This document shows, one piece after another, positions 43,092 to 53,889 of a stretch of 64,000 nucleotides of DNA. The stretch covers positions 288,001 through 352,000 of the forward strand of contig CAXXTF010000002.1 in NCBI GenBank assembly GCA_963665775.2, in the 5' to 3' direction. The notes under the pieces are model-generated. The model made no database searches. It saw nothing but the letters and a program-made list of their open reading frames with translations, and was not told the origin of the DNA. A program made the position numbers and the translations under genes. Position 1 is the first letter of the stretch. Each line of letters starts with the position of its first letter. This DNA is from Dehalococcoidia bacterium (GTDB lineage: Bacteria; Chloroflexota; Dehalococcoidia; SM23-28-2; RBG-16-64-32).

Positions 43092-45401
43092 ATGATTGCA
43101 TTTCGTCCCCCGCGACTTGACTCGATCGGATCAGCCATCGTCGATCTCGGCATACGCCGGCCGCGCTGGGTCATTACCGCGGCGATCGTCATCACTGTAA
43201 TTCTGGCTGCCGCAACAGTCCGGATTGAGATCGACACCGACCCGGAGAACATGCTCCCTAGCGATGATCCGGTGCGCGTCCTGAACGAGAGGATACGTGA
43301 CGACTTCGGCACCAGGAATATGATCGTACTCGGCATTGTGGACGAGGGCGGCGTACTCACGCCCGAGACTATCGGGGCCGCGTCGCCACTAGTCGATGAG
43401 ATTGCCACGCTGAACGGCGTGGTGTCTGAGGAGATCGTCAGCTTCAAGTCGGCCGCTGACGTCCCATCCGGTGAGCTTTCGCAGCAAGATGTCGACGGCA
43501 TTTCCGCCGCGGTCAACGAGAACGCGCTATTCGCGGGACGGGTCATCTCGCCCAACGAACAGGGGCTCGCTATATATGTTCCGCTGGAGAGCAAGGGTGA
43601 CGCCAACGACGTTTCGTCCTCCATCGAGGGCCTCGTAAACAATAGCGACCTGCCAGACACCGCGGAAACCTATCTAGCCGGTCTCCCCCTCGCGGAGGAA
43701 GCATTTGGCCGCGACATGTTCATCCAGATGGGCCTCCTCGCGCCCCTGGCCGGCGGCCTCATCTTTCTGCTAATGCTCTATTTCTTCCGAAGGCTTACGC
43801 TGATTGTTCCGGCCATGGTGGTCGCCATGTTCAGCGTCATCTGGACCATGGGGCTGCTTATCGGCACCGGGTTCACGGTGCATATCATGGCCTCCATGAT
43901 CCCCATCTTCTTGATGCCCATCGCCATCCTCGATAGTGTCCACGTCCTCAGCGAGTTCTTCGATCGCTATCCTCACTACCGGGACAGGCGCGAGACCTTG
44001 CGGGCCGTCTACAAGGAGCTGTTCGTCCCCATCACCTTCACGTCGATCACCACCGCGGTCGCCTTCGCATCTCTCGCCGTAGCGCCCATCCCACCCGTGC
44101 AGGTCTTCGGACTCTTCGTCGCCTTTGGGGTCTTCGCGGCCTGGCTGCTCACCATGCTGTTCATACCAGCCTTCGTGATGCTGCTGGACGAGGAGGGCCT
44201 CAAGCGCGGACTTTCCGGTAAGGTTGAGGGAGGCAGCCGTGTCTTGTCCGGCAGCCTGCGGTCGATTGGTGGCTTCGCAACCAGCAGGTCGCGCTTGATT
44301 CTCCCCGCCTTTATCCTGCTCAGCGTGGTCGCTGTCCCCGGTGTCCTCCAGATAACCGTCAATGACAACCCCGTCCGTTGGTTCAAGTCCGGGAGCGAGA
44401 TTCGTCAGGCCACCGAGGTGCTCACTGAGCACTTTCCCGGGACTTACAATGCGAGCCTCCTCGTCGAGGCTGATCGTCCCGGCACTTTGACTGATCCGGG
44501 CGTGGCGACTTCACTGGCAGAGCTCCAAGACAGGTTGGAGCGAAACGACGTCGTCGGCCTCACGACTTCGTACGTCGACGTGGTCACGACTGAGAGCTAT
44601 TTCGCCGGTGGCCGCGATGAGGCGTCGAGAACTATCCCCGAGGACCAGGCGGGAATAGAGCGATCCTTGGTCTCGGCCGCTGCCTCCCCTAACCTCGCGG
44701 CCGTTAGCAGCTTGATTACCAGTGACTATCGAAGGGCCAATATCCAGATCCTCATGAAGGATGGGGACAACCAAGCGATGCAGCGAGTAGTCGACGACGC
44801 CGAGGCTCACCTCAAACAGCAGCCGCTTGCCGCCGGCGTGAGTGCCGAATGGGCTGGAGAGACCTATCTTAACCTCGTCTGGCAGGACAAGATGGTCTCG
44901 GGTATGCTGACGGCCTTTCTTGGTACCTTTATCGTCGTGCTGGTGCTAATGATTCTTCTCTTCCGCTCGCTCCGTTGGGCACTATTAGCGATGTTACCCA
45001 TGTCAGTCACAATCCTGCTCGTATACGGTACTGTGGGCTTCATCGGTAAGGATTACGATATGCCGTTAGCGGTTCTCTCCACGCTGGTGCTGGGAATCGG
45101 AGTCGACTTCGCTATTCACTTCATTCAGCGGTACCGCGGGCTGCTGGCCGAGACCGGATCGGCCGCTGCCGCCCTGAGCCGGTTCTTCGAGGAGCCAGCA
45201 CGAGCGCTCACCAGGAATGCACTCATCGTCGCCATCGGCTTCGTCCCGCTGGTCTTCGCCTCGCTAGTACCCTACATAGTCGTTGGCGTGCTTCTGGCGT
45301 CGATCATGCTCCTCAGCTGGCTGACAACGCTTATCTTGCTTCCTGCGGTGATCTCGTTGCTCCAGCGTGAGGTGAGCTCAGGCGGGCCAGTCCAAGGGTA
45401 A
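43092..45401 (+). CDS. RND/MMPL family transporter
   Basis: IDTDPENMLP, TSITTAVAF, LGIGVDFAIHF; two TM repeats. Confidence 0.9.
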   Translation: MIAFRPPRLDSIGSAIVDLGIRRPRWVITAAIVITVILAAATVRIEIDTDPENMLPSDDPVRVLNERIRDDFGTRNMIVLGIVDEGGVLTPETIGAASPLVDEIATLNGVVSEEIVSFKSAADVPSGELSQQDVDGISAAVNENALFAGRVISPNEQGLAIYVPLESKGDANDVSSSIEGLVNNSDLPDTAETYLAGLPLAEEAFGRDMFIQMGLLAPLAGGLIFLLMLYFFRRLTLIVPAMVVAMFSVIWTMGLLIGTGFTVHIMASMIPIFLMPIAILDSVHVLSEFFDRYPHYRDRRETLRAVYKELFVPITFTSITTAVAFASLAVAPIPPVQVFGLFVAFGVFAAWLLTMLFIPAFVMLLDEEGLKRGLSGKVEGGSRVLSGSLRSIGGFATSRSRLILPAFILLSVVAVPGVLQITVNDNPVRWFKSGSEIRQATEVLTEHFPGTYNASLLVEADRPGTLTDPGVATSLAELQDRLERNDVVGLTTSYVDVVTTESYFAGGRDEASRTIPEDQAGIERSLVSAAASPNLAAVSSLITSDYRRANIQILMKDGDNQAMQRVVDDAEAHLKQQPLAAGVSAEWAGETYLNLVWQDKMVSGMLTAFLGTFIVVLVLMILLFRSLRWALLAMLPMSVTILLVYGTVGFIGKDYDMPLAVLSTLVLGIGVDFAIHFIQRYRGLLAETGSAAAALSRFFEEPARALTRNALIVAIGFVPLVFASLVPYIVVGVLLASIMLLSWLTTLILLPAVISLLQREVSSGGPVQG

Positions 45402-45507
45402 GCATCTGGAATCGCGGCGAGCTCAGTGTGGGGCGCCAAAACACCCTCCGTATCTGCAGCGAGTCAAGCGCTTCGCGCACCCCCCTACTTTACGTAACCA
45501 GTATAGT

Positions 45508-45819
45508 TGAGAGGGTGCAAAACTAATTCGTATCTGAGGACGCGGATGGTGGATCGGAGGCCAGCTCTCGGGTAGCGTTCGCTACAAGGAGGATCTGGCC
45601 AATGAATATCTACTCTCTTTGCTCATCGGCACCATAGGTAACGCCTTGCGAGCGCGGCAGGACGTCGAACGTGAGAACCTGGCCCTGCGCCATCAGCTCG
45701 CGATCCTGATACGCTCGGCGCGGCGCCCGCGCCTTGAACCGGCGGACCGCCTGCTCTGGTGCTGGCTCTCGCGCCGCTGGTCGCGCTGACGCTCAGCCGT
45801 TGTCGTCGTCCAACCCGAC
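45508..45819 (+). mobile_element. Degenerate 5' part of an IS related to 45820-46991
   Basis: IR-like TGAGAGGGTGCAAAACTAATTCGTAT; ENLALRHQL...RLEPADRLLW with an internal stop. Confidence 0.7.
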
Positions 45820-46991
45820 TGTAGGGGGCCAATTGTCATCCGTATTTGAAACAGGTCAAGCAGCCAGCCATTCGTACTCGTGATGTAGTCCCCCCAGCAC
45901 CGGCCGGGCAACGATCCGCCCGACCCGCGGCGGGCTAGCCCGTGCAGGTGGCCCGGTAGGAGTCTCAAGATCCAGAGTGCGATGAGGTCGCCCGTTGTTG
46001 TAGTGGACCTCGTACTCCCCCAGCACGGCACGAAGATGCCTCTCATTGATGATGATCAGGTGATCTAGGCACTCTCTGCGGAGTGTGCGTATCACGCGTT
46101 CGGCGATGGCGTTCGCCTTGGGAGCTCGGATCGGGGTGAGAATGACTTTGATACCCAGCCGGGCCGCCCTTGGGTTGAAGCTTTCGCCATAGCAGCAGTC
46201 GCGATCACGGATGAGGTGCTTCGGCTGCTTACCCCAGGGTGTGGCCTCGATGAGCGGTCGCCATACCCACGCGGCATTAGGGTGAGCAGTCACGTTCAGA
46301 TGAACCAACCGGCGCCGGCTATGAGAGATGAAAAGGAACACGTAAAGAGTCTTAAGGGCCAGCGTCTGAACAGTGAAGAAGTCGGCGGCCCAGATAGGGG
46401 GCGCGTGGTTCTTGAGAAAGGTTCGCCAGGACTGAGATGGCGGGCCGCGCCATCTTGATCGGCGGTAGCGCCGCACCGTTCGAGAGCTGATGTCGTAGCC
46501 GAGCTTGCGGAGTTCTCCCACTATGCGGAGGCTGCCCCAGCGGGGATTCTCGCGGGCCAGGCGTCGGATGAGGTCGCGGACCTGCGTCGGAATGCGTGAT
46601 CGGCCCGGAGATCTGTTGGACCGGCACTTCCAGGTCCAATACCGTCGCCAGGCGGTGCGTTGCCAGCGGATGACCGTCTCCGGCTGGACGAGAATCACCG
46701 CCGATTGCCAGCGAGACCAGAGCCTTGAGAGGAACGACCAGAACAGGCGGTCAGCGGGTTCCAGGCGGGTCATACGGTTGGCGGGAAAGGACGGCGAGTT
46801 GCTGTCGGAGGGCAATATTCTCCAGGACGAGGTGTCGCTGAGATCTAAGGGTGGCGCGCAGGGCAGAGCAGAGGAGCAGAGAGTACGTGATCAATGGCAG
46901 GCCTCCGTGGAGAAATATTGCCTCCACGTTGGCCAAATCAGATCAGTGCGTCAACCTCCTCTAGATACGGATGACATTTTGCCCCCCTACA
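45820..46991 (-). mobile_element. IS481/IS3-superfamily (rve) element with a frameshifted transposase
   Basis: TGT...ACA ~26-bp IRs; WAADFFTV, IRDRD, PKANAIAER. Confidence 0.88.
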
Positions 46992-47089
46992 GTATTGAGC
47001 CCAGCCACCCCCTCACTCTTTCCTAGCGATTCCACTGTGGGCGCGTTCTACCCGAGTAGAGCAGCGCGCCGCTTTCGTATCTGCAATCT

Positions 47090-47131
47090 TGGAGGCGACG
47101 GTGGGAATCGAAAGCACGATCTGGGTCTTGC
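47090..47131 (-). pseudogene. Degenerate tRNA-Cys 3' fragment (att scar)
   Basis: Reverse strand GCAAGACCCAGATCGTGCTTTCGATTCCCACCGTCGCCTCCA: GCA anticodon, T-arm, TCCA end. Confidence 0.7.
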
Positions 47132-47158
47132 CCTCCCTTAGACTTTGAGATTCTGGCA

Positions 47159-48763
47159 TCATTCTCTCTGGCTAAGATGCCAGCTATCGTCCTCTTCGCT
47201 GTAGACGAACTTACTGTCGAACACCTGAAAAATCTTATCCCGCTGCGGCCGCTCTTTGCTGAAAGCTGAGACCCCTTCAGTATCCTTAGGCGTCGGTAGC
47301 CCCAGGATATCAGTCAAAGTTGGGCCGAAGTCTATATGCTGGTAGTCCACGTCGGACACATAGTTACCGAAGCCAGGAGCGCGGATCACCAACGGCACGT
47401 GCGCGATGAAGTCTGGCAGGGGTGTCTGCGGCCCAGGGACGACGGGCCGCGGTCCGTGGTCGCTTGTAAGGATAATGACGGCCTCATCGTAAATTCCCTC
47501 TCTCTTTAACTTGATCACCAGCTCGCCAACCAAAACGTCAACGTACATCGACTGTTGTCGATATTTCTCCGGCTCATAGTTCTCACCTTCGGGGCAAGGA
47601 CACCCAGTGCTGATGGCCTTCCCTCCTCTGTTGAAGGATAACGGGTGATGAGGCAATAACAGGTGCAACACATGGATGCGCCCTAACGCCTCTCGGCCCT
47701 TGATATCATCTAGAAACACGCTAAATTGTCTCTTGGTGAACGTATGGAACCCCTGGAAATCCGTGGACGGGTACGCCCAGCCCAGGCGATCCAGAAGCCA
47801 ACCCATTGGGCGGCTGATGACTGTCTCCACTGGTTTAGGGATTGCCTGGTAGAAAGATCGTAGAGCCAGGTTGCCCGGGACTTGCAGCTGATAGTTCTCG
47901 GTCAAGTAGCCATAGCCACGACACGTCATAATTTTGCCACAATCGTTGATGTACCCTTGCTCCACAAATCGGAACTGGGTGTAGAGCCTGATGTCAAAAT
48001 GCTCGGCCAGCGATTTGACTGGGTCGATTATGGTTGGGAGGACGTACAGAGTCCAATAGTCGTTGGTGGTAGCATTGGTAAACCAGATCCCGTCCTGTGC
48101 CAGTGCGGCGATGTTAGGGAAGCTCACCGCGTCCAGCTTACGCTCCTCAAGGAGCACGTCATAACCCAACTCGTCGAATACAAGTATGAAAACGGCCGGC
48201 TGAGATTCCGAGCGTGATGCTGTCACCACCTCCTGGCCGTGCGTCTCCGGGAGGCCGCCACCCGCTGTTACCTGAAATGGAATGAGGACCGTCATGGCTA
48301 TCGCCACTGGGAACATATAGGAGAAGAACAAGGCCACGCCTCTGAATAAACCGATCACGAGGCCGACTATAGCTGCAAGGAACGTCAGGTCGACAAGCAC
48401 CAGGAGGGCCAAGCTCGGTGATCTCACAGAATCCCTGAAGTCCTCCGCCGGACCCCAGTAGAGTTGCAACTGGCGCAGGATAAGTAGGAGGGCCATGGCA
48501 AATAGCACAGAGCGGAAGACCCGAAGACGCTTGCCTGAGCGGTCCCGCGCAGCAATGAGGCGATCAGTCGATAAGAGCACGAGAGCAGGCAAGACCTGCA
48601 CCAGAACGATTGTATAGACCACCGCGGTCTTCGGAACTAGCATTGCCTCTGGGATGGGAAAGGCATTCTTTATGAACTCGAGGGATGCGAGGCTTACGGT
48701 GCTGAAGATGATCAGCGCTGCGTACAGCAGCTCTCTATAGCCAGATAGCTCGCTCACTCTCAT
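47159..48763 (-). CDS. Membrane sulfatase-like (alkaline phosphatase superfamily) protein
   Basis: N-terminal TMs; ILVFDEL, LPHHP, TSDHG, HVPLVI. Confidence 0.8.
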   Translation of the reverse strand: MRVSELSGYRELLYAALIIFSTVSLASLEFIKNAFPIPEAMLVPKTAVVYTIVLVQVLPALVLLSTDRLIAARDRSGKRLRVFRSVLFAMALLLILRQLQLYWGPAEDFRDSVRSPSLALLVLVDLTFLAAIVGLVIGLFRGVALFFSYMFPVAIAMTVLIPFQVTAGGGLPETHGQEVVTASRSESQPAVFILVFDELGYDVLLEERKLDAVSFPNIAALAQDGIWFTNATTNDYWTLYVLPTIIDPVKSLAEHFDIRLYTQFRFVEQGYINDCGKIMTCRGYGYLTENYQLQVPGNLALRSFYQAIPKPVETVISRPMGWLLDRLGWAYPSTDFQGFHTFTKRQFSVFLDDIKGREALGRIHVLHLLLPHHPLSFNRGGKAISTGCPCPEGENYEPEKYRQQSMYVDVLVGELVIKLKREGIYDEAVIILTSDHGPRPVVPGPQTPLPDFIAHVPLVIRAPGFGNYVSDVDYQHIDFGPTLTDILGLPTPKDTEGVSAFSKERPQRDKIFQVFDSKFVYSEEDDSWHLSQRE

Positions 48764-48766
48764 GAG

Positions 48767-50043
48767 CTAACGGTACTTACGGGAAACCAGGTAGAGGATC
48801 CGCTCTGACTTGGGAATGCAAGCCACGTCAGTTATTTCAAAGTGCTCTCTGAGAGCTTCTTCGAAGGCGGCTTGCGCATAGCCGCTGTACACGTCTTGAC
48901 GGGTGCGCAGCAGCGCTTGCACCATCGGGTCACTCTTCGGTACGAATTCCACAACGCCCGCCTCAGCGATAGTGGAGAGCCACTCCACGATTTTACTGAG
49001 GGGAACGTTGCCTCTGATGGCCAGATGATGCACCAGGGCAAGGCAGAGGGCGAAATCGGCGACGCTGCGATCTTCCAGGGCCTGCCTCTCCTTCTGGGCC
49101 CACCCCTGGCCAGGCGAAGGGTTAAGAAAGTCAACTATCAACGGCAGGACATTGGTGTGTTGGTTCCTTATCCTCTCGTATAAGCTGCCAACCGCCGCCT
49201 CGTCGCTGTCCATGGCTACCACGTATTCAGCGCAGCGCGAAGCCATCACGCTATAGCGCCCCACATTGCAACCTAAGTCCCAAACCATTCGTGGCCTCGC
49301 CCTCGCCAGAGTATCCTCTACGAACCGGTCCTTGAATTGAAGCGCTTCCGGCTCATAGTGACACTGCTCCTCGTAGTTCAGCCAGGGAGAGGGAGCCACA
49401 CGTGGCCGTTTCAACCCAGTCACGCTCTTCTTCAATCTATTAGCAAGGCCCGTGATGACACCCTTGGGGATGCGTTGCTCTCGAAGGGACGGCACCTTAA
49501 TGCCGCGTGATGAATATCTCCGACTGAGCCACGCCTGGAGGACGACGTCGATAAAGACGCTCTTTCGCAGTTTGTGTCTCAGCGGCAGGAGTCTACTAAG
49601 GTGGGTTGGTTCAATCCCGTCCAGACAGCTACGCATCCACATCTGAAACGGGACGCCAGTGTAGGACTGGAGAAGTAACGGATTAAGAAACATGCGACAG
49701 AACTGGGAATAGCCGATCCACGGCATCCCCTCCTCGTATCGCTCAAAGGATCCCACGTCGATGAGCTGAGGGTTCGGGCCCACAAACTGGATGTTGTAAG
49801 GCGTTGCGTCCTTAAGGATGAAGTCCTCGTCCAAGGCCACTTGTAGAATTTCCAGGGAGCGGATTGCGGCCGCCCTTAACATCTCGAAGGGCCACTCCTC
49901 ACGAATGAGTCCAGGAGCCCGGTCTCAATCAAGGCCGTAAATTCCGCCGCGTGTTGGAAAGTGAAATAGCGGTATACTCGGCGATCGTCCAGCAAGACCC
50001 CTCCTGCCGGGTCTCGAAAGGAACCTGGGTCCGGATGTACCAT
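48767..50043 (-). pseudogene. NoeA-like SAM methyltransferase with an internal deletion/frameshift
   Basis: PGSFRDP N-terminus joins EWPFEML out of frame near 49900; KDATPYNIQF, WDLGCN. Confidence 0.75.
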
Positions 50044-50140
50044 CCGTTTTCAGCTCGCGCCAAGGGCTGGGATGACGTAACCAGGGGTAGAGCTTGGCAG
50101 AAACCGTGCCTTGGCCGAAGCGTGGCTTAGTTCCAGCCGT

Positions 50141-50356
50141 CTAACGGTGCGGGAAGGCCTCTTTCCCCTTCTCTTCACGTGGTTCCTCGCTGGTAGCCAA
50201 TGTCTCTTCGGTCTCTGGCGTGTATCTGCGGAACAGCGAGAAAAAACGCCCCCAGAGAAGCTTGATCGCCACTAGACCACCGACGATACCGCCAAGCAAC
50301 ATTTGGAGGCCCAGGCCCGCAGCCGTTGGATCAATATAGAGGACGTAGTCAGACAA
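50141..50356 (-). CDS. Small membrane protein (YIDP motif)
   Basis: YIDPTAAGLGLQMLLGG; first gene of the methyltransferase-sulfatase cluster. Confidence 0.7.
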   Translation of the reverse strand: MSDYVLYIDPTAAGLGLQMLLGGIVGGLVAIKLLWGRFFSLFRRYTPETEETLATSEEPREEKGKEAFPHR

Positions 50357-50445
50357 TCCTCACCTCGCTGTCAACCTTCATCTATCTACTATGTACAGGA
50401 GAAAGGCGCACTTACTGGACGAAGGATATCCTTATCGCGCCTTAG

Positions 50446-52149
50446 CCCGAATCCACCGAAGGACACGGATGGACGGCGTGAGGACAGCGGAAGGGGGTGG
50501 GTGAGGGAGCTACAGGGGAGATGGCCTGGGGTCTTGGGGTAGATGGGAGGCCGGCGGACGGTCTTCAGTCGCCGCACAGGGCCCCTAAGGCCCTATGCGG
50601 GAGTTGCGATGCGCGGGATGGCGAGAGGATACGCAGCAGGGGACTCTCGCGACCGGGGTGGCGCGAGATTGCGGGGACGTTGGGTCAGTTGCAGGCTGGC
50701 CGTCAGGCCGGGAATGGAATGGCTTGCAGCCGGGCCAAGGCGCGACTGAACTGGGTTTCCCAAGGCCAGCGCCGGGGGAGATGCAAAGTGAGGCGGCGCG
50801 CCGAGCGGGTGATCCGTCCCACCAGAGCGAAGACCCGCCGCCTGAGGGTCTTGGTGGTCACGATCTGCTGACCCAGGCCGATGCGGGCTGTCCAGCGGGC
50901 CAGGTTATGCGCCATCACCTGGCCCGCCAGCCAGGCGCCGTTGGCGGCGAAGCGCCCCGACGGCATGTGGTTCAGCCCGACGCCGTACTTGAGGTCGCGT
51001 ATGGCGTTCTCGACCTCGGCGTGGCGGCGATGATCGGCCTCCAGTTCCAGCGTCTCCCCATCGCGGTCGGTGATGAAGGCGTGATAGCTGTATCTGGCGA
51101 AGAGGGCGAGCTGGGAACCGGGCGTCGGCTTCACCCGCCGGACAATGAGCCGCACCGGCGCGGCGTCCGGCTTGGTCTGGAACGGGGTGTAAGTCGTCTC
51201 GGCGACATCGGCGGCGCCGTCCATCCAGTAGGGAATGGGAGTCCAGTCCTCCTCTGGTATCGCCTCGATCAGGTCCCGCAGGCTGGCGCGCTGGCGGATG
51301 GTGATAGAGAAGCGGACATCCATTTCCCGGCAGGCGGCAACGACAGTGTGGGCGTAGAAGCCGCTGTCGGCCCGCACCGTGAGTTGTCCCCTGGCCCCGC
51401 CGTAGCGCACCCGCCCCACCGTCTCACGCAGGAAGTGGGCGGCGCCACGGGCGGTGTTGGCCCGGCCCTCGCGCAGCCGGGACATCAGCACCTCGCCGGT
51501 GCCGGCGGCAATGGCCAGCAGCGGGTGATAGCCGCGGGCGCCGGTATAGCCGTGGTGGCGCGCTCCCTCCTTGGCCAGTCCATAGGTCTCGCAGATGGTC
51601 GAGTCCAGGTCGATGGTCAGGGGCGAGTCGCCGGGTCCGGCCCCAGCGGCCCAGGCCCGGGCCAACAACTGGCGGCTCACGCGGTCGAGTTGACGGACAT
51701 GCCCCCACCGGAAGCTGCGCAGGAAGGTCCCCAGGGTGGATGGCGCCTTGACCACGCAGCCTAGAACACCGACCGTCCCACCAGCGCGCAGCGCATCGGC
51801 GTCGTCGATGCAGTCGCCGCCTGCCAGCGCGGAAGCGACCAGCGTCAGCATCTTGTCCCCAGTGTTCGCCCGTCCCGGCGCTCCGCCGAGGTCAAGGTGA
51901 TGGTCGACGAGTTCCCGCAGGCCCAGGTGCCGGGCTAGGGTGGCTGGCAGGAGCAGGCCGGCATTGGCCACCAGGCGATGGTCGTCAAAGAGGATGCGGA
52001 TACGGTCGGGTTTGTTCTGTGGCAGCATCTATTGGGTGCTCCTTGTTTCCGGGCTGGTTTCTGTTCCAAAACCATTATCCCAGATTCAGAGGAGCACCCG
52101 ATGGCTTCTTCAAGGACTGTCCCCAAGGCCGTCCTTCGGTGGATTCGGG
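50446..52149 (-). mobile_element. IS1380-family element, second copy (transposase 50703-52028)
   Basis: Near-identical to 39138-40841; flanks CTTAG/CTAAG do not match. Confidence 0.95.
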
Positions 52150-52420
52150 CTAAGCCTAGCCAAACCGTATCAACTCCCCCGCCGAAGATCAAGTATTGTA
52201 TTCGCGTCGGCCCATCCCAAGCCCTCTCGTACACCTTCTGCTACTGCGTCTGGGTAACGCGGAGGCAGGTTGCGTAAAGAAGCTGCCGAAGTAAGAAGTA
52301 AGATGATAACTGACCGCGTTTCGCTCGTCCTCCCCGTATCTGAGCCACAGCGCACAGGGCGAGATGCCTCCTAAGCAGCATCTTTGATCTACGGGCTGCC
52401 GCGACATCCGTGGCTGCCAA

Positions 52421-52440
52421 ACACTATCAGGTCATGGTGT
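52421..52440. other. Palindromic site S6 ACACTAT-caggtc-ATGGTGT
   Basis: One mismatch to the consensus; overlaps the stop codon of 52432-52690. Confidence 0.5.
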
Positions 52441-52690
52441 CCCGTTCCCGGCAGACGCACTGCCTACAAACTCACTTGACCAGTGAAGTGCGCCGCCCCA
52501 GTCGAAGTCGCTGTCCTCAATAAGCGGCAAGACGTCCCGGTATCTGCGACGTAGCTCGTCCCTATGAGTCCAGCCGTCATCGCGGCCGATGACTTTGAGC
52601 TGCGGGGGCGGCGATCGGCTAAGCGTCTCGTAGAAAAGAAACCTAGCGGCAAAATCGGCGGATGGAAGCGAGTAGCCTATAAAGATCACC
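52432..52690 (-). pseudogene. SIR2-like domain C-terminal fragment, cut by IS6
   Basis: IFIGYSLPSADF motif. Confidence 0.6.
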
Positions 52691-53069
52691 GGTTCTGTCA
52701 GAACTCAGGGCGCGGGGGTAAGCTTGTCTCAATGTAGGAGAGGAGCTACCGATGAACTGCCCGCATTGCCGATCGACGGCCACCAGCAAACGGAAGTACC
52801 GCACCGCCCTGGGCTACCATAGGTTCTCGTGTAGGTCTTGCCACCATCGATTCAACGAACGTACCCGTACGCCCTACAACGACCTCCAGTTCCCCAGCGA
52901 TGTCGTCCTGTTGGCGGTACTCTGGCGGCTGCGCTACAAGCTCGGGTTCCGCGATGTCGCCGAACTGCTCCTCCAGCGCGGTTATGAGGTCACGCACGAG
53001 ACGGTGCGAGCCTGGGAGTTCCGGTTTGCTCCTCTTCTGGGCGAACGACTGCATGCCCGGCGCCGCGGC
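52691..53069 (+). mobile_element. IS6-family 5' fragment
   Basis: IRL plus MNCPHC...; fused to the recombinase fragment. Confidence 0.88.
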
Positions 53070-53541
53070 GCACGACGCGCTCCTTGTTCCCCTTGCCGAT
53101 GACCCGCACGTAGTCGTAGCGGGAGCTGGGGTCAATCTGCATCGATAGAAACTCGGACGCCCTGAGCCCCGTGTCGAACAGCACCATGATGATGGTGTGG
53201 TCCCGCACTCCCATCTTCACCTTGATATCGCAGGAACGCAGTAGCGTTTGGACATCCTCGACAGTCAGCGCAGGTATGATGCGGTTCGGTATCCGAGGCG
53301 AGGGGATGGCTTTGACCGGATTGTCGGGCCGCTCGCCCTGAATCACGAGCCAGCCGAAGAAGCGACGTAGGGAACGATACCGTTGAGCCACGGTGGCGGG
53401 TGCCGGTTTCTTATCGCCAAGCTTGTACTCTTGCAAGAAGTGACGAATATGCTCAGCCGTCACGACTGTGGGGTCATCACCAGGTAGCCCCATCTCTGCC
53501 AAGAACGCCCGGAGCTGGTCAGAGGCCAACCGTTGGACCAC
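53070..53541 (-). pseudogene. XerD-like tyrosine recombinase, truncated at both ends
   Basis: RSLRRFFGWL, DNP, RDHTII..FDTGLRASE, GKGNKER; HxxR and Tyr motifs absent. Confidence 0.85.
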
Positions 53542-53614
53542 CTGCTGCTTACTCCGGGAGTCTAGCCATCAATGGCGGGGGCCACGGGGGCGCCAGCCCC
53601 TTACATCTAAGTGA

Positions 53615-53661
53615 TGGAGGGCCCGGTGGGATTCGAACCCACGACTCTCGGATTAAAAGTC
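53615..53661 (-). pseudogene. tRNA-Lys(TTT) 3' half (att core)
   Basis: Reverse strand GACTTTTAATCCGAGAGTCGTGGGTTCGAATCCCACCGGGCCCTCCA; no 5' half. Confidence 0.88.
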
Positions 53662-53670
53662 ACGCTCTCG

Positions 53671-53872
53671 GGGCCTCATTGCTAAGGCCTCAAATTCGAA
53701 AACTGGGGTGAGACTGGGGTAAGAACAGGGTGAAATCGGGACCTCGCTGAGGGGCCCAATTGCTAATAGGCTGGATTCAAAACTGTGGTAAGCCTGCCGT
53801 GAATCTTCGGTGGATTTACGTGAGCGATCGCCTCCGCCGCGAGGGCCTTAATTGCTAAGGTAATTGTTAAGG
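53671..53872. repeat. Four direct ATTG(C/T)TAA repeats, putative integrase-binding sites
   Basis: At 53678, 53759, 53851 and 53863; three are preceded by GGGCC. Confidence 0.6.
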
Positions 53873-53889
53873 CGCTAGATTCAGAATCT

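Noticed and set aside
39138-52149. Inverted IS1380 pair as a composite transposon
   Set aside because: Copy 1 has its own TSD inside a gene and the outer flanks do not match.
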